A stretch of DNA of 63,584 nt, filler included, from Octopus bimaculoides (Eukaryota): the NCBI RefSeq assembly GCF_001194135.2. It is 5 parts of 5 records of this genome, joined end to end, with 100 filler letters (N's around TTAATTAATTAA, not from the genome) between each part and the next. Parts side by side here need not be neighbours in the genome. Positions count along the whole stretch, not along the records: positions 40,932 to 53,408 come from NC_068981.1; positions 53,509 to 61,182 come from NC_069000.1; positions 61,283 to 63,584 come from NW_026322534.1; 2 more parts are not named here. One strand, 5' to 3'. Of this stretch, positions 50,098 to 63,013 are shown piece after piece. Both the position numbers and the translations under genes were made by a program. The notes beneath the pieces are model-generated. The model was not told the DNA's origin. It was given only the letters and a program-made list of their open reading frames with translations, and made no database searches. Every line of letters begins with the position of its first letter. Position 1 is the stretch's first letter.

Positions 50098-50270
50098 CTC
50101 CCTTATCATTACTACTACTACTACTGACTATTATTCTTTCCATTCATTTTCATTCTCTTTCCTTTCTCTTTCCCTCCCTCTTTCTTTTATCACGCACATA
50201 CACTCACAACCACACACACACACATTCTCCCGCTCTTAATAAAAAAATTCAATAAAAAAAAATCACACAT

Positions 50271-50328
<58 letters not shown>

Positions 50329-51076
50329 TCTCTCTCTTTCTGATTCAATCATTCTTTCATTTTCATTTTCGTTCCTCCTTTTCTCTTTCCCTTTCACCAT
50401 ACGCGCAATCTGTTCTCACTCATCCTTTCTCTCATTACACACACACACACACACACATTTTATCTATCTATCTATCTATTAATCTATCTATCTATCTATC
50501 AACCTATCTCTCTCTCTCTATCTATCTATCTATCTTCTTTCATTGCTTTTTCTCCCCCACACCTTCACATTCTCTCCTATTCGTCTTCACTCTGCAATTT
50601 TCTCAATCCTGTTCAATGCCGTTAAATATATACCAGTCATACTAATCTATAAAACTAAATACAACCTATAGCTAAGTAAAACGTTCCTCCATAGCAGATA
50701 TTAACACTCCAAGATTAAAGTTCATGCGAGCAGCAGAAGCAACTACCGTTGGTCGGTAAGGAAGCGAAAATGCAAAAGAATATGATGAACGATTAATAAG
50801 TAATAAATACAGTAGCGAAGGACGATGAGGTGTGGTATGAGAAAAGAGCAAGCAACGAAGCTGGACAAGAGAGAGACAACGGTGAATATGAGAGTGTACG
50901 GCAATTATTTTAACCTCGGGGAAGGTTTGTAATCCTGCAAGGTTGTTAGAACGCCTGTGGGTCGGTTATTTGCTCCAGGCGAGAAGCGAGAATAGAACGA
51001 ATTGAAAAGCTCAGAGTTCTAAATAATCGTTGGCTGGTTCTTGGTCATTTTCTTCCTTACTTCTCTCCCTCTCTCT

Positions 51077-51132
<56 letters not shown>

Positions 51133-51467
51133 NNNNNNNNNNNNNNNNNNNNNNNNNNNNNNNNNNNNNNNNNNNNNNNNNNNNNNNNNNNNNNNNNNNN
51201 NNNNNNNNNNNNNNNNNNNNNNNNNNNNNNNNNNNNNNNNNNNNNNNNNNNNNNNNNNNNNNNNNNNNNNNNNNNNNNNNNNNNNNNNNNNNNNNNNNNN
51301 NNNNNNNNNNNNNNNNNNNNNNNNNNNNNNNNNNNNNNNNNNNNNNNNNNNNNNNNNNNNNNNNNNNNNNNNNNNNNNNNNNNNNNNNNNNNNNNNNNNN
51401 NNNNNNNNNNNNNNNNNNNNNNNNNNNNNNNNNNNNNNNNNNNNNNNNNNNNNNNNNNNNNNNNNNN

Positions 51468-51520
<53 letters not shown>

Positions 51521-51642
51521 CGCATACACAAACAGGCAAACACGAAAACTCGTACACACACACATACACGCAAACACACACACACACTCAAGCACGCACA
51601 CACAAACATGCATACACACACACATATAAACACGCACACATT

Positions 51643-51681
<39 letters not shown>

Positions 51682-52162
51682 ACATACGCACATGCTTTCA
51701 CACACGCGCGCACATTACTGAGCCTAACATATCCAACTCATTCATATCTTGACTGCCAGTCCTCTTTTAATCAATATGTACAACTACAACAGAAGATTGG
51801 GTATTTCCAGTTAATTTCCCCTCTAATCTCTTCCCCCCACCCCTGATCTCTTTGTCTTACTGAATGAGATGGATGCGGAGGCGGCGGCAGGGTTGGTAGT
51901 GGTATTGGTGGTGGTGGCGTCGGTGAGTGGGTGGTGACAGCGTTTGTGATGGATTCAGTTCCAATTCTCAATTCCCAGCCGAAAGTATATTATTATTATT
52001 ATTACAGCAGCAATTCTCGATACTGTAAAAACCTGTTATCAAATAAAAATGATGTTTTCTGATTATGGTAACCTTGAATTGATTCTTAGCAGCTTCATAT
52101 AAGAAAGTCTTCGATCATATATCCTACTCTGCTGATTCAGCAGAACCATAATAGATCAACTA

Positions 52163-52206
<44 letters not shown>

Positions 52207-52504
52207 GATTGAGATTGAGAGAGAGTGAGAGAGAGAGTTATAAAGGTAGATATACATGAAGTACCGTAATGACTATATANNNNNNNNNNNNNNNNNNNNN
52301 NNNNNNNNNNNNNNNNNNNNNNNNNNNNNNNNNNNNNNNNNNNNNNNNNNNNNNNNNNNNNNNNNNNNNNNNNNNNNNNNNNNNNNNNNNNNNNNNNNNN
52401 NNNNNNNNNNNNNNNNNNNNNNNNNNNNNNNNNNNNNNNNNNNNNNNNNNNNNNNNNNNNNNNNNNNNNNNNNNNNNNNNNNNNNNNNNNNNNNNNNNNN
52501 NNNN

Positions 52505-52550
<46 letters not shown>

Positions 52551-52959
52551 GAAGTACCGTAATGAGTATATATATATATATATATATATATTAAAGGGAA
52601 AGTTCAAGCATGGTTGAACGGTTTAGGAGTTTTTCTCCGTAATTATGGGGTCCCGCAAGCGATCTAGAAAACTCGGGGCGACTAAATCGTTAGTGAATTT
52701 TTATTTAAGGAAATCAATCGGATAGACAAGTATACCTGTAAATGGAAAAAGCTAGCGACCGAAAGTTACCCAAATAATACAAGACTTTGAGTAAAACCAT
52801 CTGAAGCCGCTGAGATCTGCTCAGTAAATTTTCCTATAGAATAGTTTGTAACTTGGGGGGCTAACAAGAGAATACTTGGCAGAGAGGAATTTCAAAGCGT
52901 AGACATATTGTATATATACATACATACGTATATGAATATATAGATATATATTATATATA

Positions 52960-53084
52960 CAGGGTGTCCACAAAGTCTGGGTACATGGGGGATTAACATA
53001 TGCTTTAAGAAATTATTTCTTATATTTAATTGTTTATGTTATGATTTTATTTAGTCCATGTACCCAGACCTTGTGGACACCCTG
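52960..53084. mobile_element. 125-bp Tc1/mariner-type MITE
   Basis: 29-bp TIRs CAGGGTGTCCACAA(A/G)GTCTGGGTACATGG (1 mismatch), TA on both sides. Confidence 0.9.
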
Positions 53085-53341
53085 TATATACATATATATA
53101 TATATGCATACACGTGAGTGTGAGTGTGTGTGTGTGAGTGTGTGTGTGTGTGAGTGTTTCATTCTCCAGTCGACGAATTATTGCTGTGTTGCACATCTTG
53201 AGTCCCAATCTCACTTACATAGGACATACTGGATCTAACTGCGAACCCACACTGTCATATGCACTAATGGAAGCAGATCCACTGCCGTTCTCATAACTCA
53301 GAATAATTCCCAGTCTTCCATATTTTAGTTCTCTCTCTATT

Positions 53342-53408
<67 letters not shown>

Positions 53409-53452
53409 NNNNNNNNNNNNNNNNNNNNNNNNNNNNNNNNNNNNNNNNNNNN

Positions 53453-53464
53453 TTAATTAATTAA
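53453..53464. other. Assembly spacer linker TTAATTAATTAA
   Basis: 44 N on each side. Confidence 0.95.
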
Positions 53465-53508
53465 NNNNNNNNNNNNNNNNNNNNNNNNNNNNNNNNNNNN
53501 NNNNNNNN

Positions 53509-53553
<45 letters not shown>

Positions 53554-54839
53554 TGTATATAATGAATTACATATTAAGTTTATGATAATGCACTCTAACT
53601 AAATATTTTATATTCAGATTCTGATGAAGTATCACGAATGTAAATAAAACTCAGCCACATACTCCACCATGATTGACATTTAGAAATGCTGAAGTTTTCT
53701 TCTCAGTCTCCTCTAGTTTTCGCATGAAAATATGGCAAGGGACAAAATTCATTTACATATACTTTTAAAGGGTAGGTTGTTTCTATTATGCCTGTTAAGA
53801 AAAGAAATAATTGTTTCATGACTTACATGTTTGGCTAAGGTCTGAATCGATTTCTACTGTCCTGGTACATAATCGTAAATATCTATTTTTTGTTTGTTGA
53901 AAAGATCAGTAAGACAAGGTGTGTAAAGGGATTTGGTGAGTAAAATATCAGCACGTAATGACTATGTAAATGTTACAGACTCCGAATCAATAACGGGTAA
54001 AAACCTGAGGAGAAGAATTGAAATGGCTCTTTTCTTTGTAAACAGAACTGTTTTAGTACATTCAATCAACTGATTGGGTAATGTTCTATTGTTTCACGAG
54101 ACACTTATTGAAGTGGTTATTTGTGATGAGGATGTCTATTTTGATATTTTGATAGCGTTTATTTCCATTAATGTCATCTTGTGCGAGGCCTTTTTCAGTT
54201 ATACACAGCATACAACCGTAGGTGCCACTGCCTAAGGCTTGCAGCACCCCAGTGCTTTCCAGCTGTTGGCGCATACTGTAGCATGAAATTAATACAGCCA
54301 AATATATATTTTGGTGGTATTCATGTTTCATATATTTCTGTATGAAGATACATGACATCAGTGTATGTATTTCGTGTCCATGGCAAGTGGTGTTTAGTCA
54401 CGATGTTTGCGTTTGGGGTTGTGGATGTAACCCCTACTTAATAGATAACCGCTTCCTTTTTGAATGACTAATAAAAGAGGCACCACTTTTAATGCCTCTA
54501 CGAATTCTTATAGCCTCTACTAATTTAGTTGGTTTGCTAGTTTAGTATTACAGCTGTAATCCAGCTTGAAATAATTTGAAATAATTTTCCATATTGGTGA
54601 TTCATAGGAAAATATTTACTAATATTAAGATTGAGCAATCTTAAACATTAAACTTTAAGAGTACAAATCAGATAAAACCATGCTATTAGAATTTGCTGGC
54701 TTTGAATTACTGACATTAAGTAGTAAAGTACCAATTTTCGAAGATTTCTTTATTGGATGACAGCTTCGAGAGTTTCCATAGCGTTTATAATTATAACTTT
54801 ATCGTTACCATATATTTCATTCTAGACTACTAGAATAGT

Positions 54840-55203
54840 TGTCTTGGCATTCCGTCGGTTGCGACGACGAGGGTTCCAGTTGATCCGATCAACGGAACAG
54901 TCTGCTCGTGAAATTAGCGTGCAAGTGGCTGAGCACTCCACAGACACGTGTACGCTTAACGTAGTCCTCGGGGGGAGATTCATCGTGACAAGGCTGGCCT
55001 CTTTGTAATACAGGCACAATAGAAACAGGAAGAAAGAGTGAGAGAAAGTTGTGGTGAAAGAAATACAGCAGGATTCGCCATCCACCCCGTTGCCGGTACC
55101 TGGTGGAGCTTTAGGCGTTTTTGCTCAATAAACACTCACAGCACCCGGCCTGGGAATCGAAACCGCGAGTCCGCTTCCCTAACCACTGGGCCATTGCGCC
55201 TCC
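54840..55203 (-). mobile_element. Full-length family B SINE with 12-14-bp TSD
   Basis: Reverse complement of the 6445-6832 type; ACTACTAGAATAGT at 54826-54839 and 55204-55217. Confidence 0.9.
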
Positions 55204-55526
55204 ACTACTAGAATAGTATTCTAGTTTCAATAGAGGGATAGTATTTATGATACTGTATTGGATATCTTTGCATCTTTGTTTATGATTATGCTAATGCGAT
55301 TCCATTAACAACAGTTAATTGAATTCCTGATATGACAAGTAATATTATTAAGATACTATTTAAGCTTTTCGTCCTAACGCTAATAAATTCCATCTCATTT
55401 TTATAGAGCTAATAATGCAAATATTTAAGAACGCGGGTAAAGATATTATGGCACTTTGGTATGAATTACGTCTCGTATTTTTATGTCTATTTCAAAATGT
55501 TAACCTCTCTTTAATACTTCAATATA

Positions 55527-56801
55527 TATTGGGTCATCTCATGAATAATGCAGTTTTTTTATACTTCTTTTTTTATACTTCCTTTTTTTATACTTCTTTT
55601 ATTTTTCAAAATTAAGATAAACAAAGCTTTTCATCTAAAATATACTCTCCTTCATTTTCCACAATGCTCTTCCATCTATCTGGTAGACTTGCAAGGCCCT
55701 TCTTCTAAAATTCACTTTTCCGTAACGAAAAATACTCCTCCATTACTGTTCTGACCTCGTCTACAGAATTCATATTCTTTTTCCGTCTAAATGATTTTGA
55801 AGGCTGCAGAATAAATAATAATCAGATGGGGCAATGTCCGGAGAATGTAGTTGGTGGGGCAACGTTTCCCACTCAAACTACTCCAACCTGTAGAGTGTCA
55901 TCCTCACTATGTGACAGACCGGTATCCTGACGGGAGAGCACCTTTCGGCTTGCAACAAAAGATGGTAGTTTTTCTTCTAGTGCTGAGTTATGCCGCTCGA
56001 GCTGCTCGCAGTAGATCTCCTTTGTTATCGTTTGGTATGGGTTTAACAGTTCAAAGTTGACTAAACCTTTCGTGTTCCACTAAACAGTTAACTACAATTT
56101 ACGTCGGTGAAACTTTCTTTATCCTGGGGTGCCGTTGTTTCTGTTTTCCCTAACAACTGTCTTCGGCGCTTGATGCATTTCATGTGACGACTCAATATTT
56201 GGTCCAAAAAAGGTTAATTCGTGAGACGTGACGGTAAAAAGAGCATACATTCACTCTCTGCGCTCGATTAGACTCGGAAAGTTTCTGAGGAAACCATTGA
56301 TCCAATATGCTGACTTTTCCGATGGCACGCAGGTATCGATCAAAGGTCGAATGACCAAATCCAAGCTTCTCTGCTAGGTACGATGTGAAATTGTTCGACC
56401 AGGGTTTGTAAACATCCTCGTCGAGCTTTACAGATCTTCCAGGACCAGGCACATCTTCTAGGCTGTAGTTTCCAGCTTGGAATTTCTGGAACCACCGTTG
56501 GCACTGGCTTACGCTTATTGTCCGAGTCCCATATACAGCATTAATGTTCCGTTGCGCTGTTTCCTATTGAACTCATAAACCAAAATATGCCGAGTATGCT
56601 TCTTTGTCACTTCCTCGATAGCTCTGAAAAAATAACTGCTACAATCGAACCGCACTCTTCAAAACTTGCACTGAGAATAAGTACAAGCTAAAATTACTAC
56701 CTGCTTTTATAGCAAGTTGATGCGTGTAGTTTATGCCGTGGCCCTCCGACTTTTAGTTTATGCAATTGAAAAAACCGCATTACTTATGGGATGACCCAAT
56801 A
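55527..56801 (-). mobile_element. Full-length (1275 bp) decayed mariner element, DD34D type
   Basis: TIRs TATTGGGTCATC(T/C)CAT...TAATGC(A/G)GTTTTTT, TA on both sides; remnant ORF ~56615-55630: EVTKKHTRHILVYEFN..NINAVYGTRTISVSQCQRWFQKFQAGNYSLED.PGPGRSVKLDED...QDTG...WETLPHQLHSPDIAPSDYYLFCSLQNHLDGK...LPDRWKSIVENEGEYILD. The D2-D3 interval is 100 nt, i.e. 34 codons less a 2-nt deletion. Confidence 0.93.
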
Positions 56802-57332
56802 TATTTCTTGTCCTTTCTACGACGATATGCGTGCTTTCATAGTGTCTGATTAACTTTGTTTAATTTAAAAGTTGGTTATTCTGCCTATATTCAATTGCAT
56901 AAATGTCACAAATATAATTTGAGAATATGAAATATTTATTTCATTTGTTATTCTTGTTAATAACAAAGTTAGATTTATGTTGGAATTTTATGAACATCGC
57001 CGTTAAAATTCGTAACTCGATTTAGGATTGAAATAATGTTAGATTCGCGTCTTTACATCGTAATAGTAGGTAGGCATTTCAATGATCCCAGATTATTAAA
57101 AAAAATAATTTCTTCTGTGTGTGATCGACATCTTAATTACATAGTAAGTTTTACAGATGCCCACATACACACCCAATCACTTGCATATCAATGATTACAT
57201 CTAGACATTGATATGTCATTCTGTTGCACCATACACAACCTGCGTTCCCGAATATTGCAAACACAAACACAAACGTACAAAATTCACACATACACTAACA
57301 TAAGCACAAAATTGTTTACACACCATACATAG

Positions 57333-57393
<61 letters not shown>

Positions 57394-57415
57394 NNNNNNN
57401 NNNNNNNNNNNNNNN

Positions 57416-57449
<34 letters not shown>

Positions 57450-57567
57450 GTACATACATTCACATGTATACAGATATACGCATGCGTACGGCGTGCAATT
57501 CAATTGATAATAGAAATCCTCAGCTACTCCACATTTTATGTTGAACGCAATTATTGAGACTGAAGGT

Positions 57568-57632
57568 CTAATACTACTACAATACTACTTCTACTTCTAC
57601 TACTACTTTTACTACTACTACTACATCTATTT

Positions 57633-57673
<41 letters not shown>

Positions 57674-57712
57674 TCTTCTTCTTCTTCTTCTTCTTCATCT
57701 ACAACAACAACA

Positions 57713-57758
<46 letters not shown>

Positions 57759-57785
57759 TGGCTACTACTACTATGGCTATTACCG
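57568..57785 (+). repeat. (CTA)n/(TTC)n/(CAA)n compound trinucleotide array
   Basis: Directly visible. Confidence 0.95.
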
Positions 57786-58573
57786 CAGCTGTTTCAATTA
57801 TTGCCGCTGACAGAATCAAAATCAACAATGTGAGCGACCTTTTCAAATTCTTGCAGCAATCATCCTCAAACGCTACTTTCGTTGTTACTATGACAACATG
57901 TTTGACAATCGACATCAAACTACAACCACAATCAACCATTACCGCAAGCATCACCGCCATCAACACCACCATTGTACTGGAATTGACTGACCGTGGTGAA
58001 TAGATCTCCTAAAAACAGAAGCCAAACTTCACCCCGGGACACAATTCGACGTTTTTAAAATGGATACACTGCATATTGTTCTTCTAGATAGGCACGGGCG
58101 GAATAAGCTTGATGTTAGATCTATCGGTCAGTGTCTGGCTTGAAGATAAACCTCAACGGTATCCATGCTTAGTGGTCGCAAAATTTGCTAGGAAAAGCAC
58201 CCAAGCCTCCCTCCGTTCACTTGTCTGTAAAACTTTAATAATGCAGTCTTGGATATACGGTGAATAAACGGATTGTAAGTGCATTATTCTCCAAAGGTTA
58301 AAATGTTCGCTTTGCACCCGTGAAGCTCTAGTTACGATCTCACAGTACGTTATTATCATCTTAGGAAGTTTTGGTCTCTCGTAGTCTCAAGTTGACCTAA
58401 GATTTGAGATCGATACCGAGTAATCGGAAACTGTGTGGAATCCCGTTAAATGGAATGCACCCGTGAAACTGCTTAACGATTGCATTAAGGATATACGTAA
58501 GTGTGGAATGCAAAGCCGCTTCTTTCGTTGAATCGAGCGAACGATAAAATGCTCCTGTATATATAATTATATT

Positions 58574-58615
<42 letters not shown>

Positions 58616-59471
58616 NNNNNNNNNNNNNNNNNNNNNNNNNNNNNNNNNNNNNNNNNNNNNNNNNNNNNNNNNNNNNNNNNNNNNNNNNNNNNNNNNNNNN
58701 NNNNNNNNNNNNNNNNNNNNNNNNNNNNNNNNNNNNNNNNNNNNNNNNNNNNNNNNNNNNNNNNNNNNNNNNNNNNNNNNNNNNNNNNNNNNNNNNNNNN
58801 NNNNNNNNNNNNNNNNNNNNNNNNNNNNNNNNNNNNNNNNNNNNNNNNNNNNNNNNNNNNNNNNNNNNNNNNNNNNNNNNNNNNNNNNNNNNNNNNNNNN
58901 NNNNNNNNNNNNNNNNNNNNNNNNNNNNNNNNNNNNNNNNNNNNNNNNNNNNNNNNNNNNNNNNNNNNNNNNNNNNNNNNNNNNNNNNNNNNNNNNNNNN
59001 NNNNNNNNNNNNNNNNNNNNNNNNNNNNNNNNNNNNNNNNNNNNNNNNNNNNNNNNNNNNNNNNNNNNNNNNNNNNNNNNNNNNNNNNNNNNNNNNNNNN
59101 NNNNNNNNNNNNNNNNNNNNNNNNNNNNNNNNNNNNNNNNNNNNNNNNNNNNNNNNNNNNNNNNNNNNNNNNNNNNNNNNNNNNNNNNNNNNNNNNNNNN
59201 NNNNNNNNNNNNNNNNNNNNNNNNNNNNNNNNNNNNNNNNNNNNNNNNNNNNNNNNNNNNNNNNNNNNNNNNNNNNNNNNNNNNNNNNNNNNNNNNNNNN
59301 NNNNNNNNNNNNNNNNNNNNNNNNNNNNNNNNNNNNNNNNNNNNNNNNNNNNNNNNNNNNNNNNNNNNNNNNNNNNNNNNNNNNNNNNNNNNNNNNNNNN
59401 NNNNNNNNNNNNNNNNNNNNNNNNNNNNNNNNNNNNNNNNNNNNNNNNNNNNNNNNNNNNNNNNNNNNNNN

Positions 59472-59820
59472 AACCATCACCAGCAGAGTCTTGGTAACCA
59501 TCACCAGCAGAATCTTGGTAACCATCACCAGCAGAGTCTTGGTAACCATCACCAGCAGAGTCTTGGTAACCATCACCAGCAGAGTCTTGGTAATCATCAC
59601 CAGCAGAGTCTTGGTAACCAGCACCAGCAGAGTCTTGGTAACCATCACCAGCAGAGTCCTGGTAACCATCACCAGCAGAGTCTTTGGTAACAATCACCAG
59701 CAGAGTCTTGGTAACCAGCACCAGCAGAGTCTTGGTAACCAGCACCAGCAGAGTCTTGGTAACCATCACCAGCAGAGTCTTGGTAACCAGCACCAGTAGA
59801 GTCTTGGTAACCATCACCAG
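59472..59820 (+). repeat. 24-bp minisatellite (AACCATCACCAGCAGAGTCTTGGT) x~14.5, open-ended into a gap
   Basis: Directly visible; variants CAT/CAG, one 1-bp insertion (~59683) and one CAG-to-TAG change. Confidence 0.95.
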
Positions 59821-59895
59821 TACCACCGACACCTGTATTCGAACTTGCCACACATTCTCTCACACCTGGTTTTTATATATATGTATAACCAGAGA

Positions 59896-59961
59896 TTGGA
59901 GCAGGTAAAGTGTCAATTGGAGCAGGTAAAGTGTCAATTGGAGCAGGTAAAGTGTCAATTG
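59896..59961 (+). repeat. 21-bp perfect tandem repeat (TTGGAGCAGGTAAAGTGTCAA) x3
   Basis: Directly visible. Confidence 0.95.
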
Positions 59962-60516
59962 TTTCATTCTGGCTGACGAAAAAGTAAACACCATTAGAGT
60001 CTAGAATGCTGTTCTTAAGGTCAACATGAACAAATGCATTCTATAGACTTTATAACCAGCGCCGCTATAAGCCATGAAGATTCCGAGCAGCGGTCTGACG
60101 CCACCACAATTATAGATCCCCCAAATATTCTGTGTATGCCTTAATTGTGTATGTAGCGTGTTTCAAGTACACATCTTTGCCAGATGCTGAATGGTGATGA
60201 TGAGAAGGCGATGCTTATAACCCCATTAGTCCTGTTGGAAATACATTCGTAACATAAATCAATATATTGAAAGCTCTGGGTTGTCTGGCATATAATTACT
60301 CTCGGTTGCTTGTATAATATGCAATCGAAAACATAAATAAATAAATAAAGTCAATCTTATTGTCGGTGTATGTTTGGCAATAAACAGGAATAAAATTCTA
60401 GAAAAATGTTATATAGAAAAAAGAATTTAAAACTGTTCGTGTACAGGAAAGTTCATGAATGAATTAAAGTAAATAATACGCTCTTGATGGTTAAACGACA
60501 ATTTTTACATTACATA

Positions 60517-60561
<45 letters not shown>

Positions 60562-61069
60562 AGAGAGAAATGAAGGTATATATATTAACAAATATACGTG
60601 TATTTACTTTTATGAATATACTACCACCGTTTGATCCTCTCCAGGCATGTCAACACTGATACATCAATTGGGGTTTCATATCCACTTTAGTTAATAGTCG
60701 ATGAAATAACGTAATATAGAACCATAAAAGCTAAAAAAAAACATTTATTTCTGTGTTTCATTGTAAAGAAAGTCCGCAACATGTAGCGTTTGAAAGCATA
60801 TGTTTATAGCTGGGGGCATTAAAAACAGCTGACGTCATAGAATTACATAAAAGGAAAATAACGTTTGTGATTGGGTAGCATTATTTCTTTCATTGGAAAC
60901 AAGGCCGGATATATTTTGATCTCTGAGAAAATCCTCAACGGAAACATAAGCAATCTGTAACTTGGAGCTGTGTTAGCAAATGAATTGCGGTGGAACTATA
61001 CAGAAATATACATTTATGGCTGCGATCTGATTTTTAAAAATTTGGTTTAATAATTTGGTTTTATTTATT

Positions 61070-61468
61070 TTCTCTATTCGTTTCAATCAATCACTGTACG
61101 CGGTCATTCTGGAGCACGGCCTAGTAAAGTTTAGTGGAAGAAACTGACATTGGTATTTATACATTTTAAACCTGGCACTTATNNNNNNNNNNNNNNNNNN
61201 NNNNNNNNNNNNNNNNNNNNNNNNNNTTAATTAATTAANNNNNNNNNNNNNNNNNNNNNNNNNNNNNNNNNNNNNNNNNNNNTATATATATATATATATG
61301 TTATACACCCGATGAGCTCAGTCAGCTTGAATCTACCAAATCCGCTTACTAGGATTTAGTGGGTCGGGGGCTATAATAGGAAACACTTACCCAAAGGGGC
61401 ACACAGTGGGTTTGAACTCAGAAGTCTGTAGTTTGGAAGTAAGCATCTTACCACGCAGCTACACCTGT
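61070..61468 (-). mobile_element. Decayed family A SINE split by an assembly spacer
   Basis: Tail at ~61070-61181 and head at ~61305-61468 are reverse-complement matches to family A. Confidence 0.7.
61227..61238. other. Assembly spacer linker TTAATTAATTAA
   Basis: 44 N on each side. Confidence 0.95.
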
Positions 61469-62090
61469 GGTGATATAACTGTTCGCTATTGTAATTTTGA
61501 ATGGATTTAGAGAATTTGTGACATGAAATTATATTGAAACTGGGCAGCGAATTACTGTTACTTACGTATTCTGCTCATAAATTGCCAAATGACACTTTCG
61601 TAGTACAATTCAGTAGAAGTATGTACAATGTGCAGCCCGTGTGTGATAGAAACACTTCATCCTAAATGTACATCATGATCACTAAGAACACCTAATGTTA
61701 CATTGGAATTCTCCACCATTTTGTAAACTCAATAACACACATGAAGCCAGCAATCAATGTCCTAGAGAATGCCTGCGTCAGTAGATAAAGAACAGTCATA
61801 AAAACAATATGTCACAGAAACAAACAGAGGATGATTATAACGTAATATCCTCCAACGAAAAGTCTGCTGGATCGTAGCTGAGTTGGATAAAAATAAAACC
61901 AAAAAAAGAAACGAAGCAACTTGTTGATGCAATCAGCATGAAAGGAATCCTTATACAATTATGTGCCTTATTTTTAACTGCATTTCAAAAACAAGCTGCT
62001 ACTCTAAAAGTACACGAAGGCATGAAGAAAATATATATATATATAAATATATAGATTTATATATATATACATATATATATTTGTATATAC

Positions 62091-62122
<32 letters not shown>

Positions 62123-62948
62123 NNNNNNNNNNNNNNNNNNNNNNNNNNNNNNNNNNNNNNNNNNNNNNNNNNNNNNNNNNNNNNNNNNNNNNNNNNNNNN
62201 NNNNNNNNNNNNNNNNNNNNNNNNNNNNNNNNNNNNNNNNNNNNNNNNNNNNNNNNNNNNNNNNNNNNNNNNNNNNNNNNNNNNNNNNNNNNNNNNNNNN
62301 NNNNNNNNNNNNNNNNNNNNNNNNNNNNNNNNNNNNNNNNNNNNNNNNNNNNNNNNNNNNNNNNNNNNNNNNNNNNNNNNNNNNNNNNNNNNNNNNNNNN
62401 NNNNNNNNNNNNNNNNNNNNNNNNNNNNNNNNNNNNNNNNNNNNNNNNNNNNNNNNNNNNNNNNNNNNNNNNNNNNNNNNNNNNNNNNNNNNNNNNNNNN
62501 NNNNNNNNNNNNNNNNNNNNNNNNNNNNNNNNNNNNNNNNNNNNNNNNNNNNNNNNNNNNNNNNNNNNNNNNNNNNNNNNNNNNNNNNNNNNNNNNNNNN
62601 NNNNNNNNNNNNNNNNNNNNNNNNNNNNNNNNNNNNNNNNNNNNNNNNNNNNNNNNNNNNNNNNNNNNNNNNNNNNNNNNNNNNNNNNNNNNNNNNNNNN
62701 NNNNNNNNNNNNNNNNNNNNNNNNNNNNNNNNNNNNNNNNNNNNNNNNNNNNNNNNNNNNNNNNNNNNNNNNNNNNNNNNNNNNNNNNNNNNNNNNNNNN
62801 NNNNNNNNNNNNNNNNNNNNNNNNNNNNNNNNNNNNNNNNNNNNNNNNNNNNNNNNNNNNNNNNNNNNNNNNNNNNNNNNNNNNNNNNNNNNNNNNNNNN
62901 NNNNNNNNNNNNNNNNNNNNNNNNNNNNNNNNNNNNNNNNNNNNNNNN

Positions 62949-63013
<65 letters not shown>

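Noticed and set aside
57577-57972. 131-aa Val/Glu-rich ORF
   Set aside because: Antisense reading of CTA/TTC/CAC triplet repeats.
58153-58359. YSPYIQDC as a mariner YSPDLAP motif
   Set aside because: Only three residues match, with no TIRs or other transposase motifs.
59472-59961. Regular 24-bp and 21-bp repeats as a CRISPR-like array
   Set aside because: The units are contiguous with no unique spacers, there are no cas genes and the context is eukaryotic.
60820-60880. TGACGTCA (CRE site) plus reverse CCAAT as a promoter
   Set aside because: Short motifs expected by chance in 60 kb, with no linked gene or TSS evidence.
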